From IMG/VR virus record IMGVR_UViG_3300012953_000179, positions 1 to 27,171 of that record: a stretch of 27,171 bases of DNA, one strand, 5' to 3'. Positions 1-10,500 of this stretch are shown piece after piece. Within the stretch, counting starts at the first letter, position 1, and the number at the start of each line of letters is the position of its first letter. The position numbers and the translations under genes were made by a program. This DNA comes from a virus. Lineage: Duplodnaviria; Caudoviricetes. The notes beneath the pieces were generated by a model. It searched no databases. It saw only the letters and a program-made list of their open reading frames with translations, and was not told the DNA's origin.

Positions 1-2
1 CT

Positions 3-308
3 ACTGGCTATCCTTGTCTCTATTATGGTACGTACATGGCAGGAGCCACTCAAGGTTGGGGTGGTCAAGGTATACAATACACTTCTTTCCGTGACAGTAA
101 TGGCCCCAGTGGTGATGGTTACGAATATTTCTCAGGTGGCGGCGGTGGCTATTTCACTCCGGGTTGGATATCTCCAACACAATCACCGGCGGCTGGAGCT
201 TATTCAGGAAGCGGTAGTTCAGGCACAGGTGCAGGTAGCGGTGGTGGTCCTACAAGTTATTTTGGTGGTAGCGGTTGTTGTATTATAAGATGGGATATCA
301 CCTACTAA
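3..308 (+). CDS. C-terminal part of a glycine-rich phage virion/tail-fibre-associated protein (5' truncated by window)
   Basis: Frame is open from position 3 (TGYPCLYYGTYMAG...). It has Gly-rich GGGG tracts and ends in GGSGCCIIRW, matching the GGSGxVIIRY terminus of phage glycine-rich domain proteins. Confidence 0.7.
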   Translation, partial: TGYPCLYYGTYMAGATQGWGGQGIQYTSFRDSNGPSGDGYEYFSGGGGGYFTPGWISPTQSPAAGAYSGSGSSGTGAGSGGGPTSYFGGSGCCIIRWDITY

Positions 309-311
309 AGC

Positions 312-320
312 TGGTATAGT
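312..320 (+). promoter_or_regulatory. Extended -10 promoter (TGGTATAGT), probably giving a leaderless transcript starting at ATG 327
   Basis: TGn+TATAGT lies in the 18-nt intergenic gap. The ATG begins 7 nt after the -10 and there is no Shine-Dalgarno in between. Confidence 0.55.
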
Positions 321-326
321 AAAAAC

Positions 327-1019
327 ATGTTTGAAGTGAGGGATAATAACCGCGCTGATACTGACAAACTTTTGATAGGTCACGACGAGTCTGGTTTGAA
401 ACAAAAAAGAGATCCTGAAACTGTTTTTTCAGATCCTAAGCATGAGCTACTCTTTAACCCTCATACTGAGGAATACCATGAATTGAAAGCCTTTGCTCTT
501 TCAAACGATTGTCTCTTTTCGAGGCAAACTTTCACAGCGAAGTATGACGAAGAATGGATGCCTTATAATGATTTAACTCTTTATAGTCATACTTTGCAGA
601 ACAGACCGGCTTTAGAACAGCATTTCGATCCTGATTCTGCTCTTGCAAAGTATGAATCTCCGAAAAAAGATTTAGCTCACACTGTTCTACAACAGATCGC
701 TAACGAGAATGGTTTCGATGCTGAAATTTTTAGAATCAATATAAATTTGACTCAATGTTCTAAAGCGTCACGATCTATTGTCCACAGGGATCACGAATTC
801 CCTCATTGGAATCTGCTTATTTATTTAAATACATGGTATGGGGGAATAACTTATGTTGATAATGAGCCTTGTCCTGCCCCTCAAGAAGATATGATCGTTA
901 CGTTTGAAGGGTTTGAAACTATGCACTGGCATGAACCGCCAGCAGGTTTCGGAGATGAAAGAATTGTGTTAGTAGCTACATACATGCCGAGGGAAATTGG
1001 AACAATCACCAAAAAATAA
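327..1019 (+). CDS. 2OG-Fe(II) oxygenase superfamily protein (phage type)
   Basis: RININLT...HRD (HxD)...LLIYLN...GGIT...FEG..MHWH...RIVLV: double-stranded beta-helix oxygenase with HxD..H..R ligands. Confidence 0.75.
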   Translation: MFEVRDNNRADTDKLLIGHDESGLKQKRDPETVFSDPKHELLFNPHTEEYHELKAFALSNDCLFSRQTFTAKYDEEWMPYNDLTLYSHTLQNRPALEQHFDPDSALAKYESPKKDLAHTVLQQIANENGFDAEIFRININLTQCSKASRSIVHRDHEFPHWNLLIYLNTWYGGITYVDNEPCPAPQEDMIVTFEGFETMHWHEPPAGFGDERIVLVATYMPREIGTITKK

Positions 1020-1026
1020 ATTAAAA

Positions 1027-1647
1027 ATGGCACCGTCAATGGAGTGGCTTTTCCCGACTCCTTTGTATTGGAATAAAATTAATGACCAAAGAGCTGTTCT
1101 TAAAGAATTTGAGGGGCTTCTTCCTTCGCTTAATTTTGATTACCTAGAAAAATGGGGTAAAACACACAAATTAAACGATAATGCTTTTTCAAACAATCTT
1201 TTAGATGATATGCCTCTTTTAGCGAATGAAGTTGATATGAATGTTCAACAATATTTAGTTGAGATAGGTAAAAGAGATGAAGACTCGGAACCTTGGGGAT
1301 ATGAGGTGGAGTCTTGGGTTACTAAAGTAGAAGAAGGTGACTATGTTCACTTTCACACACACGGTAATTGTGATTTGTCAGGCGTTTATTATGTTAAAGC
1401 TAGAGCAGACGAATGTGAAATATCATTTCAACAACCTAACAGTGTGATGAATCAAGATTGGTTGCTCGATTATTATAATGTTTCATGGATGCACCGAGCC
1501 ACAATGGGAAAAATTTTACTTTTCCCTCCTTGGTTGAGTCACGGCACTCCTCGTGCTGAAGGTAAAGATGATTTTGTGAGGTATAGTATTTCTTTTAATT
1601 TTAGATTTGATGCAAAGTATCATCGAGGATGGGAGCAACCTGTATGA
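1027..1647 (+). CDS. Putative 2OG-Fe(II) oxygenase, TIGR02466 / 2OG-FeII_Oxy_5-like
   Basis: LFPTPLY start, ESWV, HFHTH..DLSGVYYV, GKILLFPPWLSH, RYSISFN. Start moved from TTG 997 to ATG 1027 to avoid overlap with the previous gene. Confidence 0.85.
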   Translation: MAPSMEWLFPTPLYWNKINDQRAVLKEFEGLLPSLNFDYLEKWGKTHKLNDNAFSNNLLDDMPLLANEVDMNVQQYLVEIGKRDEDSEPWGYEVESWVTKVEEGDYVHFHTHGNCDLSGVYYVKARADECEISFQQPNSVMNQDWLLDYYNVSWMHRATMGKILLFPPWLSHGTPRAEGKDDFVRYSISFNFRFDAKYHRGWEQPV

Positions 1648-2297
1648 TTGAAGGCGATATTGTATGGATAGATCCTTTGTTGATGCAAACATATATGCAA
1701 TTAGAAGGTTTACATACTTTGGAAGCGTTAATAGAAGACGCTGAAAGATCAAGCAGGTGGGATACCGCTAAAGTTCTTGCTGGTACTGAAGATAAGAACA
1801 GTAGAGAATCAAAAGTTCTTTGGTTTGATCCTAATTTCCCTCCACCTACACATGAACCTTTATTAACATATGCTCAATCATGTTTAGACGAGTACATTAA
1901 ACATCGTCCTGAAGCTGTTCATGGAACTCCTGATTTTTATGCTGAGAACTATTCACTGTTAAAATATGAAGAAGGACAAGGGTATCACGCTTTACATGCT
2001 GATGCCGCTCCGTGGGCTAACGATATAGCTAGCGGTAGGCACATTTCACAAATCGTTTATTTAAACGATGTGGAAGAAGGAGGGGAAACTATTTTCCCTA
2101 TTCAAGAAGCAACAATTAAACCCAGAGCAGGTAAGTGTTTGACCTTCCCATCGTGTTGGTCGCATATGCACAAGACTCTTAAAGCTGTAGACACAAAGTA
2201 TTGTGTTTCTATCTTTTATTCATTTTTCGCAAACGCACCTTCCCAAAGTAGCGCTGAGTCGTCTAATATGACGGTAGAAGAATTTATCGAAGGATAG
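1644..2297 (+). CDS. Prolyl-4-hydroxylase-like 2OG-Fe(II) oxygenase
   Basis: LLKYEEGQGY..LHAD, RHISQIVYLNDVEEGGETIFP, IKPRAGKCLTFPS.WSHMH, TKY. ATGA overlap with the upstream stop supports ATG 1644. Confidence 0.85.
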   Translation: MIEGDIVWIDPLLMQTYMQLEGLHTLEALIEDAERSSRWDTAKVLAGTEDKNSRESKVLWFDPNFPPPTHEPLLTYAQSCLDEYIKHRPEAVHGTPDFYAENYSLLKYEEGQGYHALHADAAPWANDIASGRHISQIVYLNDVEEGGETIFPIQEATIKPRAGKCLTFPSCWSHMHKTLKAVDTKYCVSIFYSFFANAPSQSSAESSNMTVEEFIEG

Positions 2298-2299
2298 AA

Positions 2300-2866
2300 G
2301 TGGCTCATTACGCACATGTGAATAGTGAAAATATTGTTACGTTTGTAACACCTCTTAGCAACGATATTGCTGTAGTGGATGGTGTGGATGATGAACCTAA
2401 ATCTATTGCTTTTCTTGAATCTCTAAATATTGTTGAAGGCGGCACATGGGTTCGTTGCTCGTACAATAATAATATTAGAGGTCGTTACGCACAAGAAGGC
2501 GATGTTTATGACAGTTCATTAAACATTTTCAAAATGCCAGATGATATTAAACCGTTTCCTTCATGGGTTATGAATGAAACTACTGGTTATTGGGAAGCTC
2601 CTGTAGCTGAAACACCCGGATATATATGGAATGAAGAGGCTGGAGAGTGGCAACAACCACCACAACCGGAAGATTTTCCTTCATTCACATGGCAGACACA
2701 TTGGCAAGATGGGGTTAAACGCCCTCAAGGTTGCTGGTCGCCACCTGTCGCATACCCCGGAACTTGGGAATATGTAGATGGTGAGAATGATGGCAAAATG
2801 AGATTATATGTTGGCACCACTTACGCTTGGGATGAGGCATCAACTTCTTGGGTTGAAGAAGAATAA
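2300..2866 (+). CDS. Conserved phage hypothetical protein (MAHYA.../SYN/PFPSW family), probably tail-fibre associated
   Basis: MAHYAHV..NIV, WVRCSYNNNIRGRYA..GD.YD, KPFPSW, WEAPV and YxWDE..W motifs are typical of this widespread aquatic-phage family. GTG start with AAGGA upstream. Confidence 0.7.
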   Translation: MAHYAHVNSENIVTFVTPLSNDIAVVDGVDDEPKSIAFLESLNIVEGGTWVRCSYNNNIRGRYAQEGDVYDSSLNIFKMPDDIKPFPSWVMNETTGYWEAPVAETPGYIWNEEAGEWQQPPQPEDFPSFTWQTHWQDGVKRPQGCWSPPVAYPGTWEYVDGENDGKMRLYVGTTYAWDEASTSWVEEE

Positions 2867-2868
2867 CA

Positions 2869-3336
2869 ATGACTGCGTATAGCAGAACCGCCGATTATAC
2901 GATAGATCAAAACTATAACGGTACTAACACTTCTTTAACATTTAAAGGTTTAACTACCGGAGCGTCTGGTTTATCTGGCATAACCTATGTAAACGATACT
3001 TATACGTATGCGTTTACTGGGCTTGGGCAAGATCGTAGAGAATACAACTTTGGTTCTTCTGAACTTCCTGCTGGAGAGTGGACGTATCAACCTACGTTTT
3101 CTACTGAAGTTCACCCATTAAACGAGTTCGATTACCGTGGGCGTAACACATCAGGTGGTTTGCATCTCTTCACTGGTAAGACTGTTGTTTCAGATATAAC
3201 GCATATTATTACGTATCACACAACTGCATCATCGACACTACCGCATGACGATGTGTACTATATTATTAATCCGAATCCAAAAATTACTATAGAAGTTAAA
3301 CAGCTTCAGAACGTAACAATAGAAGTAGGTGTTTAA
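2869..3336 (+). CDS. Hypothetical protein, Thr/Tyr-rich beta-strand virion-like
   Basis: 155-aa ORF tightly packed between its neighbours, with a TAATG overlap to the next gene. No recognised motif. Confidence 0.6.
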   Translation: MTAYSRTADYTIDQNYNGTNTSLTFKGLTTGASGLSGITYVNDTYTYAFTGLGQDRREYNFGSSELPAGEWTYQPTFSTEVHPLNEFDYRGRNTSGGLHLFTGKTVVSDITHIITYHTTASSTLPHDDVYYIINPNPKITIEVKQLQNVTIEVGV

Positions 3337-3662
3337 TGGCAAAATATGACAAAGGAGATGTGGTCAGAGTCACAGGTTCTTTCTGGTCTAATGACCCATC
3401 GGTATTAACTGATCCAACAGACTCAGATGGAAGTTGGGCAGATGGTATTTATGAATCAGTCAATGTCTATCAGAAGAAACCTGACGGTACCACCACGAAT
3501 CTCGAAACCAGTATCAATAGATTAAGCACAGGCAAGTACTATGTTGATGTGACCTTAGATCAAGTAGGTACACATACCGTGAAGTTTGAAGGGACTAGCG
3601 GGGTTGTTGGTACCGAAACTGTTGCGATAGAGGTAGAGAAGTCAGTTTTCGATCATTCTTAA
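3336..3662 (+). CDS. Small Ig-like fold virion protein (putative)
   Basis: YDKGDVVRV...TDP...KKPDGT...STGKYYVDV...GTHTVKFEG pattern of small phage beta-sandwich proteins. Coupled start. Confidence 0.55.
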   Translation: MAKYDKGDVVRVTGSFWSNDPSVLTDPTDSDGSWADGIYESVNVYQKKPDGTTTNLETSINRLSTGKYYVDVTLDQVGTHTVKFEGTSGVVGTETVAIEVEKSVFDHS

Positions 3663-3675
3663 CCCAAGAGGGGCC

Positions 3676-5394
3676 ATGACTAATACTACGCATGAACAAC
3701 ATGGCGGCAACGTCAGCAAAGTCAGGGGACAGAAGACTCGTGAATTGTTCCTTGAAGGACTCGCGGAGCATGGAACTATCTCTAAGGCGTGTGCTATCGC
3801 TGGTGTCACCCGATCCGCTTACGATAAGTGGAGACAACGCATACCTGATTTCGCTGAGAAAGCGGACTCCATCAGAGCTAAAGCGGTCGCTGACGGCGGT
3901 ATGGAGAAGTGGGACGGCACTTTTCAAAGTTTCAGAAGTCATTATTTCGGCCACATGTCCCCTTGGTTCCATATCAAAGCCATCGAAGCGTACGAAAACA
4001 CACCACCCGGAAACATTACCCTGATTCTCTGGCCTCCAGAACACGGCAAAACTACGTTGGCCGAGGACTACTTCTGCTACAAACTGGCGACAAATCCCGA
4101 ATTCAGGATCACCGTCGGATCTGAGGGCCAAGACATGGCGCGCAAAATTCTTGGGCGTATACGTAGCCGGATGGAACCTCATGGACCTTTCCCTAAATAT
4201 GTAGCTAAATATGGACCTTTCGTACCTCAAAATCAGAGCGGTCGTAAAACTGCTCAAGCGTGGGGTGCTGATTATTTTAACGTGTTTAAGAAGTCTCGTC
4301 ACGATGAGCGTGATTATTCTATGGTTTCTTTAGGTTGGCGATCGAAGATTGCTGGTACACGTACCGATCATCTACACATTGATGATATTCAATCTCGTGT
4401 TTCGTTGAATCTTACAGAACAGATGTTCGAGATTTTCCGTCAGGACTGGCTTACTCGTCCGGGTGAGAATGGTCGAACGAGTATTAATGGTACTCGTGTA
4501 GGTGAAGATGATTTCTATGAAAGGGTAATGAGGGAGATAGATCCTGACATTCTGAGTGTTATTAGATTCCCTGCCATTATACAAAATGAGAAGGATGAGC
4601 CTGAACCTTTGTGGCCTGAGATGTTCTCTATGGAAGCTCTTGACAGGATTCGTCGTAAAGTTGGGGAAGAGGCATGGTCACGTAACTATATGCAACAACC
4701 ATCTTCTTCAGCTGAAGCTACTTTTGATGAGGAATCTATAAAGAAATGTTTAAATCCATTACGTTCCGTGAATCATCACCCACCAAAGAATTGTAGTGTT
4801 TATATCGGTTTAGACCCTGCTCTTGGTTCTAACAACTGTGTGATTGCGGCTACTCCACATGAAGACAAATTGAAGATTCTTTTCGTTCGTGAAGATGTGG
4901 GGCTGACACGTAATGAACAGATACTACAAGTAGTTGAAGAAGCTGTATTGAGATGTGGACAAAATGGTTCATCTGTAACAGATGTTGTTATAGAAGCGAT
5001 GGTATTCCAAAAAGGGTTATCTCGTGATGAGAGATTAGTTGAAATGACGGAACGATATGGGTTCCGTGTAAGGGAACATTTAACAGGTGTAAACAAATAT
5101 GATGAAAATATTGGTGTTCCTTCTATGGCTTTATCGTTTATGCGACAAGAAATTGAGATCCCATATGCTGATGATCCTTCCACACGCCATCAGGCTGATG
5201 AATTGATTAGACAGCTTAAAGCATGGCGACCATTACAACGCGGTACTAGACTGAGACAGGATCAGGTAATGGCGCTCTGGTTCATATGGATATTATGGCG
5301 ACAAAGAAAGCAATCATATAGTGTTGACTCTTCACAATTCAGGTATAAAGGACTACCTTGGAAGTCAAGTGTGTCTACAAGTAAGGTTTATTAA
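3676..5394 (+). CDS. terL: Terminase large subunit with N-terminal helix-turn-helix domain
   Basis: Walker A PPEHGKTT, Walker B LHIDD, coupling motif GTR, PLWPE, YMQQP, RNase H-like IGLDPA and C-terminal DQVMALWF. RBS GAGGGG precedes the start. Confidence 0.92.
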   Translation: MTNTTHEQHGGNVSKVRGQKTRELFLEGLAEHGTISKACAIAGVTRSAYDKWRQRIPDFAEKADSIRAKAVADGGMEKWDGTFQSFRSHYFGHMSPWFHIKAIEAYENTPPGNITLILWPPEHGKTTLAEDYFCYKLATNPEFRITVGSEGQDMARKILGRIRSRMEPHGPFPKYVAKYGPFVPQNQSGRKTAQAWGADYFNVFKKSRHDERDYSMVSLGWRSKIAGTRTDHLHIDDIQSRVSLNLTEQMFEIFRQDWLTRPGENGRTSINGTRVGEDDFYERVMREIDPDILSVIRFPAIIQNEKDEPEPLWPEMFSMEALDRIRRKVGEEAWSRNYMQQPSSSAEATFDEESIKKCLNPLRSVNHHPPKNCSVYIGLDPALGSNNCVIAATPHEDKLKILFVREDVGLTRNEQILQVVEEAVLRCGQNGSSVTDVVIEAMVFQKGLSRDERLVEMTERYGFRVREHLTGVNKYDENIGVPSMALSFMRQEIEIPYADDPSTRHQADELIRQLKAWRPLQRGTRLRQDQVMALWFIWILWRQRKQSYSVDSSQFRYKGLPWKSSVSTSKVY

Positions 5395-7211
5395 TGTATA
5401 CATTTGATGAAATTGTATCAATAATACGACAACGACAAGACGCACAAAGCCCTTTATTGGATCGAATGCTCGAAATAAAGGAGCGTTACAACGGTGAATA
5501 TGTCATACCGTTGCCATCAATGGATGAAGAACCTGTTCTACCTCCTCTTACCCCTGCTTTAATATCAGAAAACATTGATGCTGTAGCTCAAAGAGCCGCA
5601 TCAGTGATGCCTTTTATCGGATGCCCAGCTGTAGATCAGTCTAAAGAACGTGGTATCAGGTCAAGAGAGTATGCTGATATTCGCAGAAGAGCGTTGTCTG
5701 CGACATGGTATTCATCTAAATATAAGATTAAAATGCGCCGCGCTTATAGGCATTTAGCTGGGTATGCCACATCTTGTTTAGTGGTAACACCAGATTTTAA
5801 TAAGGGGCTTCCACGTATTGATATACGTGATCCTTTGGGTGTATATCCAGAACCGAAAGCATACGAAGACGTAGATCCACCACGGAATTGTGGGTTTATT
5901 TACGGCAAATCAGGCGACTGGTTAAGGGCGCATTACCCTGCTTCCAGAGAAGAAAATGGTGGACCTGTAAATTCTGATGAAAAATCACGACAAGAACTAT
6001 GGGATGTTTGCGAATGGGTAGATGACGAACATATAGTCATCGGCATCATGGGGCCAAGATACCATCACTTCTTTGAGAACAATACATATTCTAGACACAG
6101 CACACAGATTGAATTGTCACGCGCACCGAACAAAGCTGGTATGCCTTGTGTGATAACTCCGGGTCGAGTCAGCTTAGATAAGATTGCTTCCTCAATATCA
6201 AATGTTGTAGGAATCGTGGATCTTATGTCAAAAATGATGGCGTTGGAAATAATGGCACAGGAAAAAGCTATCTTCCCTGATAGGTATATAATAGGACGAT
6301 CGGGTCAGGTGCCTATGATCGTCGGAGGTGAATGGAAAGACGGTCGTGAAGGAGAAGTAAACATACTTCTCGACGCAGAAGAAATAGGCGAATTAAGATC
6401 AAGCCCTGATCCGAGTACAAATATTGCCATCGACAGATTGGAAAGAAATGCTCGTGTATCGACAGGAACCGTCCCACAAATTGGTGGGGAAACTTACGGA
6501 GCGTTACGTACAGGTAGAGGAATCGACTCGCTTATGGGCGCGGCATTGGATCCGCGTATCCAAGAAATGCAAGAGATTATGGAGGCTCATCTTCCTCATC
6601 TAAACGAATGCCTATTCGCTTCTTATAAAGGTTATTTCGGTAGTAAAAAATTCTCTATGTTCACTGGTTACGCTGGGGATTTGGGTCAAGTAGAATTTAC
6701 TCCAAACGAACATTTTGAGACATATGACAATGTGGTTTCGTACTCAGTCCCCGGCGCAGATGTTCAAGGAACGACAATTCAATTAGGCCAGTTGCTTGGC
6801 ATGAAGGGTATTAGTCTAAGAACTTTCCGTACTAAGCATCCGTTTATTGAAGATGCTGAAGCTGAAGGTCGCAGGGTAGATGAAGAACTTTTGGAAGAAG
6901 CAGTAATGCAGGCGATACAACAGCAAGCATTATCGGGACAGTTGCCAGTTGTTTATGTTTCTAAAATAGAGAAGCACCGTAAGAAAGGGCTTGATATTTT
7001 TGAAGCGATCGAACAAGCTGACCGTGAAATTCGTGAGGAGCAAGCGGCGGTAGCCCCTCCACCTGAAGAGGGTCAAATGATGGCACCTGAAGAAGCGATG
7101 GGGATGGCGGCTGGCGCACAAGGATTAGGACAAGCCCCTGCTGAACAACCCACAGAAGGATTTTCTCCGGGCGCAGTACAAGAGTTAGCTAGTGCATTAA
7201 GGACTAGCTAA
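5394..7211 (+). CDS. Portal (head-tail connector) protein
   Basis: 605 aa immediately after terL (TAATG overlap). IRDPLGVYP motif, helical body, TGRG motif and an acidic Pro/Ala/Glu-rich C-terminal tail as in podovirus-like portals. Confidence 0.8.
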   Translation: MYTFDEIVSIIRQRQDAQSPLLDRMLEIKERYNGEYVIPLPSMDEEPVLPPLTPALISENIDAVAQRAASVMPFIGCPAVDQSKERGIRSREYADIRRRALSATWYSSKYKIKMRRAYRHLAGYATSCLVVTPDFNKGLPRIDIRDPLGVYPEPKAYEDVDPPRNCGFIYGKSGDWLRAHYPASREENGGPVNSDEKSRQELWDVCEWVDDEHIVIGIMGPRYHHFFENNTYSRHSTQIELSRAPNKAGMPCVITPGRVSLDKIASSISNVVGIVDLMSKMMALEIMAQEKAIFPDRYIIGRSGQVPMIVGGEWKDGREGEVNILLDAEEIGELRSSPDPSTNIAIDRLERNARVSTGTVPQIGGETYGALRTGRGIDSLMGAALDPRIQEMQEIMEAHLPHLNECLFASYKGYFGSKKFSMFTGYAGDLGQVEFTPNEHFETYDNVVSYSVPGADVQGTTIQLGQLLGMKGISLRTFRTKHPFIEDAEAEGRRVDEELLEEAVMQAIQQQALSGQLPVVYVSKIEKHRKKGLDIFEAIEQADREIREEQAAVAPPPEEGQMMAPEEAMGMAAGAQGLGQAPAEQPTEGFSPGAVQELASALRTS

Positions 7212-7594
7212 TGGTCAGAGCTAAAAAGAATCTTCCTGTTAAAACTACACCGATGGCGGCTGGCGCTGATTATGGTGAAGTTCAAACTAATGAAGGACTG
7301 ATTAAAGACATAGGTATGCCGGATATGTCTGATCCGACTGTTGGTGCTACAGGTGCGGTTCCTGAACAAAACCTTCCTGCGAATCCTGTGGAAGCGGCAT
7401 CGGGTTTCCCTAATACTATTACGCCATTAACAGCTCAAGGTACGAACATGCGTTCTCGTCCTCAACAATTTATTATTAGCAACAAGACGAGAGCCGCGGC
7501 TTTTTTAAGTGATTTAGCGGAACATGTTCCTGACCCTGCTGTCAGAATGGCGGCAGATGATTTGAAAGACCATTTACGTAATGGTCAATTCTAG
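7211..7594 (+). CDS. Small Pro-rich post-portal protein, probable virion/ejection component
   Basis: Coupled to the portal (TAATG). G.DYGE motif and low-complexity Pro/Ala content. Function inferred from position only. Confidence 0.6.
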   Translation: MVRAKKNLPVKTTPMAAGADYGEVQTNEGLIKDIGMPDMSDPTVGATGAVPEQNLPANPVEAASGFPNTITPLTAQGTNMRSRPQQFIISNKTRAAAFLSDLAEHVPDPAVRMAADDLKDHLRNGQF

Positions 7595-10500
7595 ATTCAA
7601 CCCAGTTACATCAAGTAACCGAAACTGGGGGCGAGAAGACAATCTCAACTCCATTATGTATGGAGAGAATTACGCTACGCTTATGCGAAGTGGTGCCGGT
7701 AGATTCATTCAAGGACCGGAACTTTCTACTCGGCTAGTTGATTTAGCTAGTAGCAACATATCTATAGACAAACAGCTTGAGACTCTTTACACGGCTAACG
7801 ATCAAATCTATTTAAGGCAACAGATAGAGAATTTTAAAAAAGTTCCTAAAACATTCCAGCCTTCTGAATTTGCTAATCTCCCACCAACAACTCAACAAAT
7901 GATGTTAAGTGCTGGTTACGAGTTGCCTGATAAAAAACAAGATGAACGCCCTTGGTGGCAACGAGCTTTAACTTGGGACATTCCTTTTAATCCTTTTGAT
8001 AACTGGTTGGATGACAGAAGTTGGGGTACTCCTCTTGCTTTACCAAAAGCGGCGTTAGCTCCAATCAAAGCTGTTGGCGCTGGTTTAGGTTTTGTAGGTT
8101 CATCTCTTTGGGAGGGGGTTGAAAAGGGTTGGAGAGCTGGGCAACGCTTCACTAGAAGTTTAATGTACTTAGAAGAACTTGGTGCTAACTCTATGTTTAA
8201 ACCTCCTAAATGGAGAGAAGCATGGAACAACACACGTTTAGAAAATGATTCCTACAGTAAAGACACTATTGCTGACGCTATAGAATTAGTGGGACCTGAT
8301 AGAACAAAGCTATTAAGAATGTATGTAGCTCAAGGGAATGATGCGGTCGCTGAATATTTCGCAGATGAAATGGAAGCGCGTGGCAGACCAATAGAAGACG
8401 CAATCAATTTGCATTCGGATTGGTATGAATCTTTAGCAAGAGAAGACAGTCAAGAAGCATTAGCTATTTTACAATCAAACAAATTAGATACGTTCAATGG
8501 TTCTATAAGAATGTTCAACAAGTATCTGCCTTTCTTACCTGACGCGGCACCTGACAGTGTGTACGGCAAAATGATAGGTACGACTGGGACAATAGCTACA
8601 GGGATTGTATTTGATCCGACAACATGGCTACTTGGACCAGCGTTTTCTGCGGCGAAACTAACCAAGATGGGTATACGTAATGCTGATGCTTGGAAGACAA
8701 TAGATTTAGCTGAACAATATTCGAGAATAGTTCGTGAGCATGGAGGCAAACTACCTCGATCAGAAATGGCGAGACTTAGCAACACGCACGATGAATTGAT
8801 GAGTGAATGGTCAAGAAGCCATAGAGGGTTACGTGCAGTTGGGTTATTGAATCCTTTAGTGAGAATGAACGCTAATGCTAGGAACAGGTTTATTGGAAAA
8901 GTCAATGAAACTTTCGACAAACTTAATAGAACAGAAGATGCTCGGATAGCTATTCGCGATGAGATGGGTGTAGATGCGACCTACGCGAAAGTAGAAGAAG
9001 AATTACTTAAGAGGCACCCTGATCTAGCAAGTGTTGATGCAGATGCTTTGCTTGAAGAGTTCACTAGATTAATTCCGGGAATGGAACAAGGGCTTCAACA
9101 CATGATTGAATACAACTTGAAAGCCCGATTGGATGATGGTTGGGTAACCGCTACTGGACAAAGAGTAAAACCACAAGACTTGTCAACATATGATGGATTT
9201 TGGAATTTTCTTAAAGACGATTTAGGTGCTAGAGCATTATCATCAAAGATGGGTGGAGTTGATCCTGACGCAATATTTATTCCTCGTTTAACTTTCAGAG
9301 GCGCATCTTGGCAACGAGTTAAAACTCTAATGGATCAGACTGTTGATTTCGGTAAGAACAGTCATAACGATATAACTGCTGGTATAGCTAGATTATCTGG
9401 CGAGTATTTAGAAAAACAAGATTACACCGCAGTCGCATTATTAATGGAAGATATTGATAATGGGGTTCTCACGTTATCAAAAGAAATTAGTCACGCTGAT
9501 ATGGGTGCATTACTTAAAATTCGTGACGTAGATCAACGAGCTTCAATGGCTAATATGATGATGGGTTTATCAAAAGCGGACGTAACTCTAATTACTGGCC
9601 GTCATCAAAAGATGTTAGATGAAGGCGAAATCTTTAAAAGACTTATGGATGAGGGTGAAGTTAGCGACCTGTTGAATTATTACAAAGGTGATGGTCGCAT
9701 AATTGATGAGACAGGAAAGGTTAGATACCTTCAAAAAGGTGACGTTCTTCCTAAAGGCTGGTGGAGAGCCGCAAGAAATTATTATACAGATAACATACCG
9801 CCTCAAGGAAGTTTCAATGCGGAAGTAGGATTAGCTGAAAAGTTAAAAGTATTTAGTTTAGCGACAGCCACATCAATGGCCTATTATCCTGCGAAGTTTG
9901 CAAGATCTTTAATCACATATGTGCCTAAAGCCGGTCACTTGGATCGTGTTGATGCGCTTACTTCTATTTCAGAATTTAAAGCTCTTGTAAAAATGGGTTC
10001 TTTAGCCCACATGCCAAGAGCGCAAATCAACAGTTATATACGTAAATTTATTACAGGTAACGAAGCTGAACGTTGGATTGTATCAAGCGAATTTCTTTTA
10101 GATTTTGTTGGACGATCAGGTATCCTGCTACACGCAGGTGACGACGTAACACAATTCGTTGATAGGTTCATACGTCACGGAAGCCACCATTACGATGTTC
10201 TAAAACAAGACGGTGTAAGCATATTCGGCATGAGCGCACCTAGAGGTATTTTTGTCAGCGACATGAACTTAGCGCAAATGTCACGAATGAACGTAATCCC
10301 TAACTATAGAGAGTTAGCGGCTGTAGCTAAATACATAAACATGTACAAGAGATTTGGTTGGATGACACCTATTCCTTGGATAGATAAATGGATGGGAAGA
10401 ATTTGGCGACCAGCAGTTCTATTACGGTTAGGTTACGTTGCGCGTAACGGTGGAGAAGAGCTGTTCTCATGGATGCTTCGTGAAGGTCCGGGAAGTTACG

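Noticed and set aside
25-288. 87-aa Val-rich ORF
   Set aside because: Off-frame reading of GGT-rich glycine codons of the real gene.
3595-4302. 235-aa minus-strand ORF and 110-aa alternative-frame ORF (3692-4024)
   Set aside because: They overlap the conserved terminase, have no recognisable motifs, and are explained by locally higher GC.
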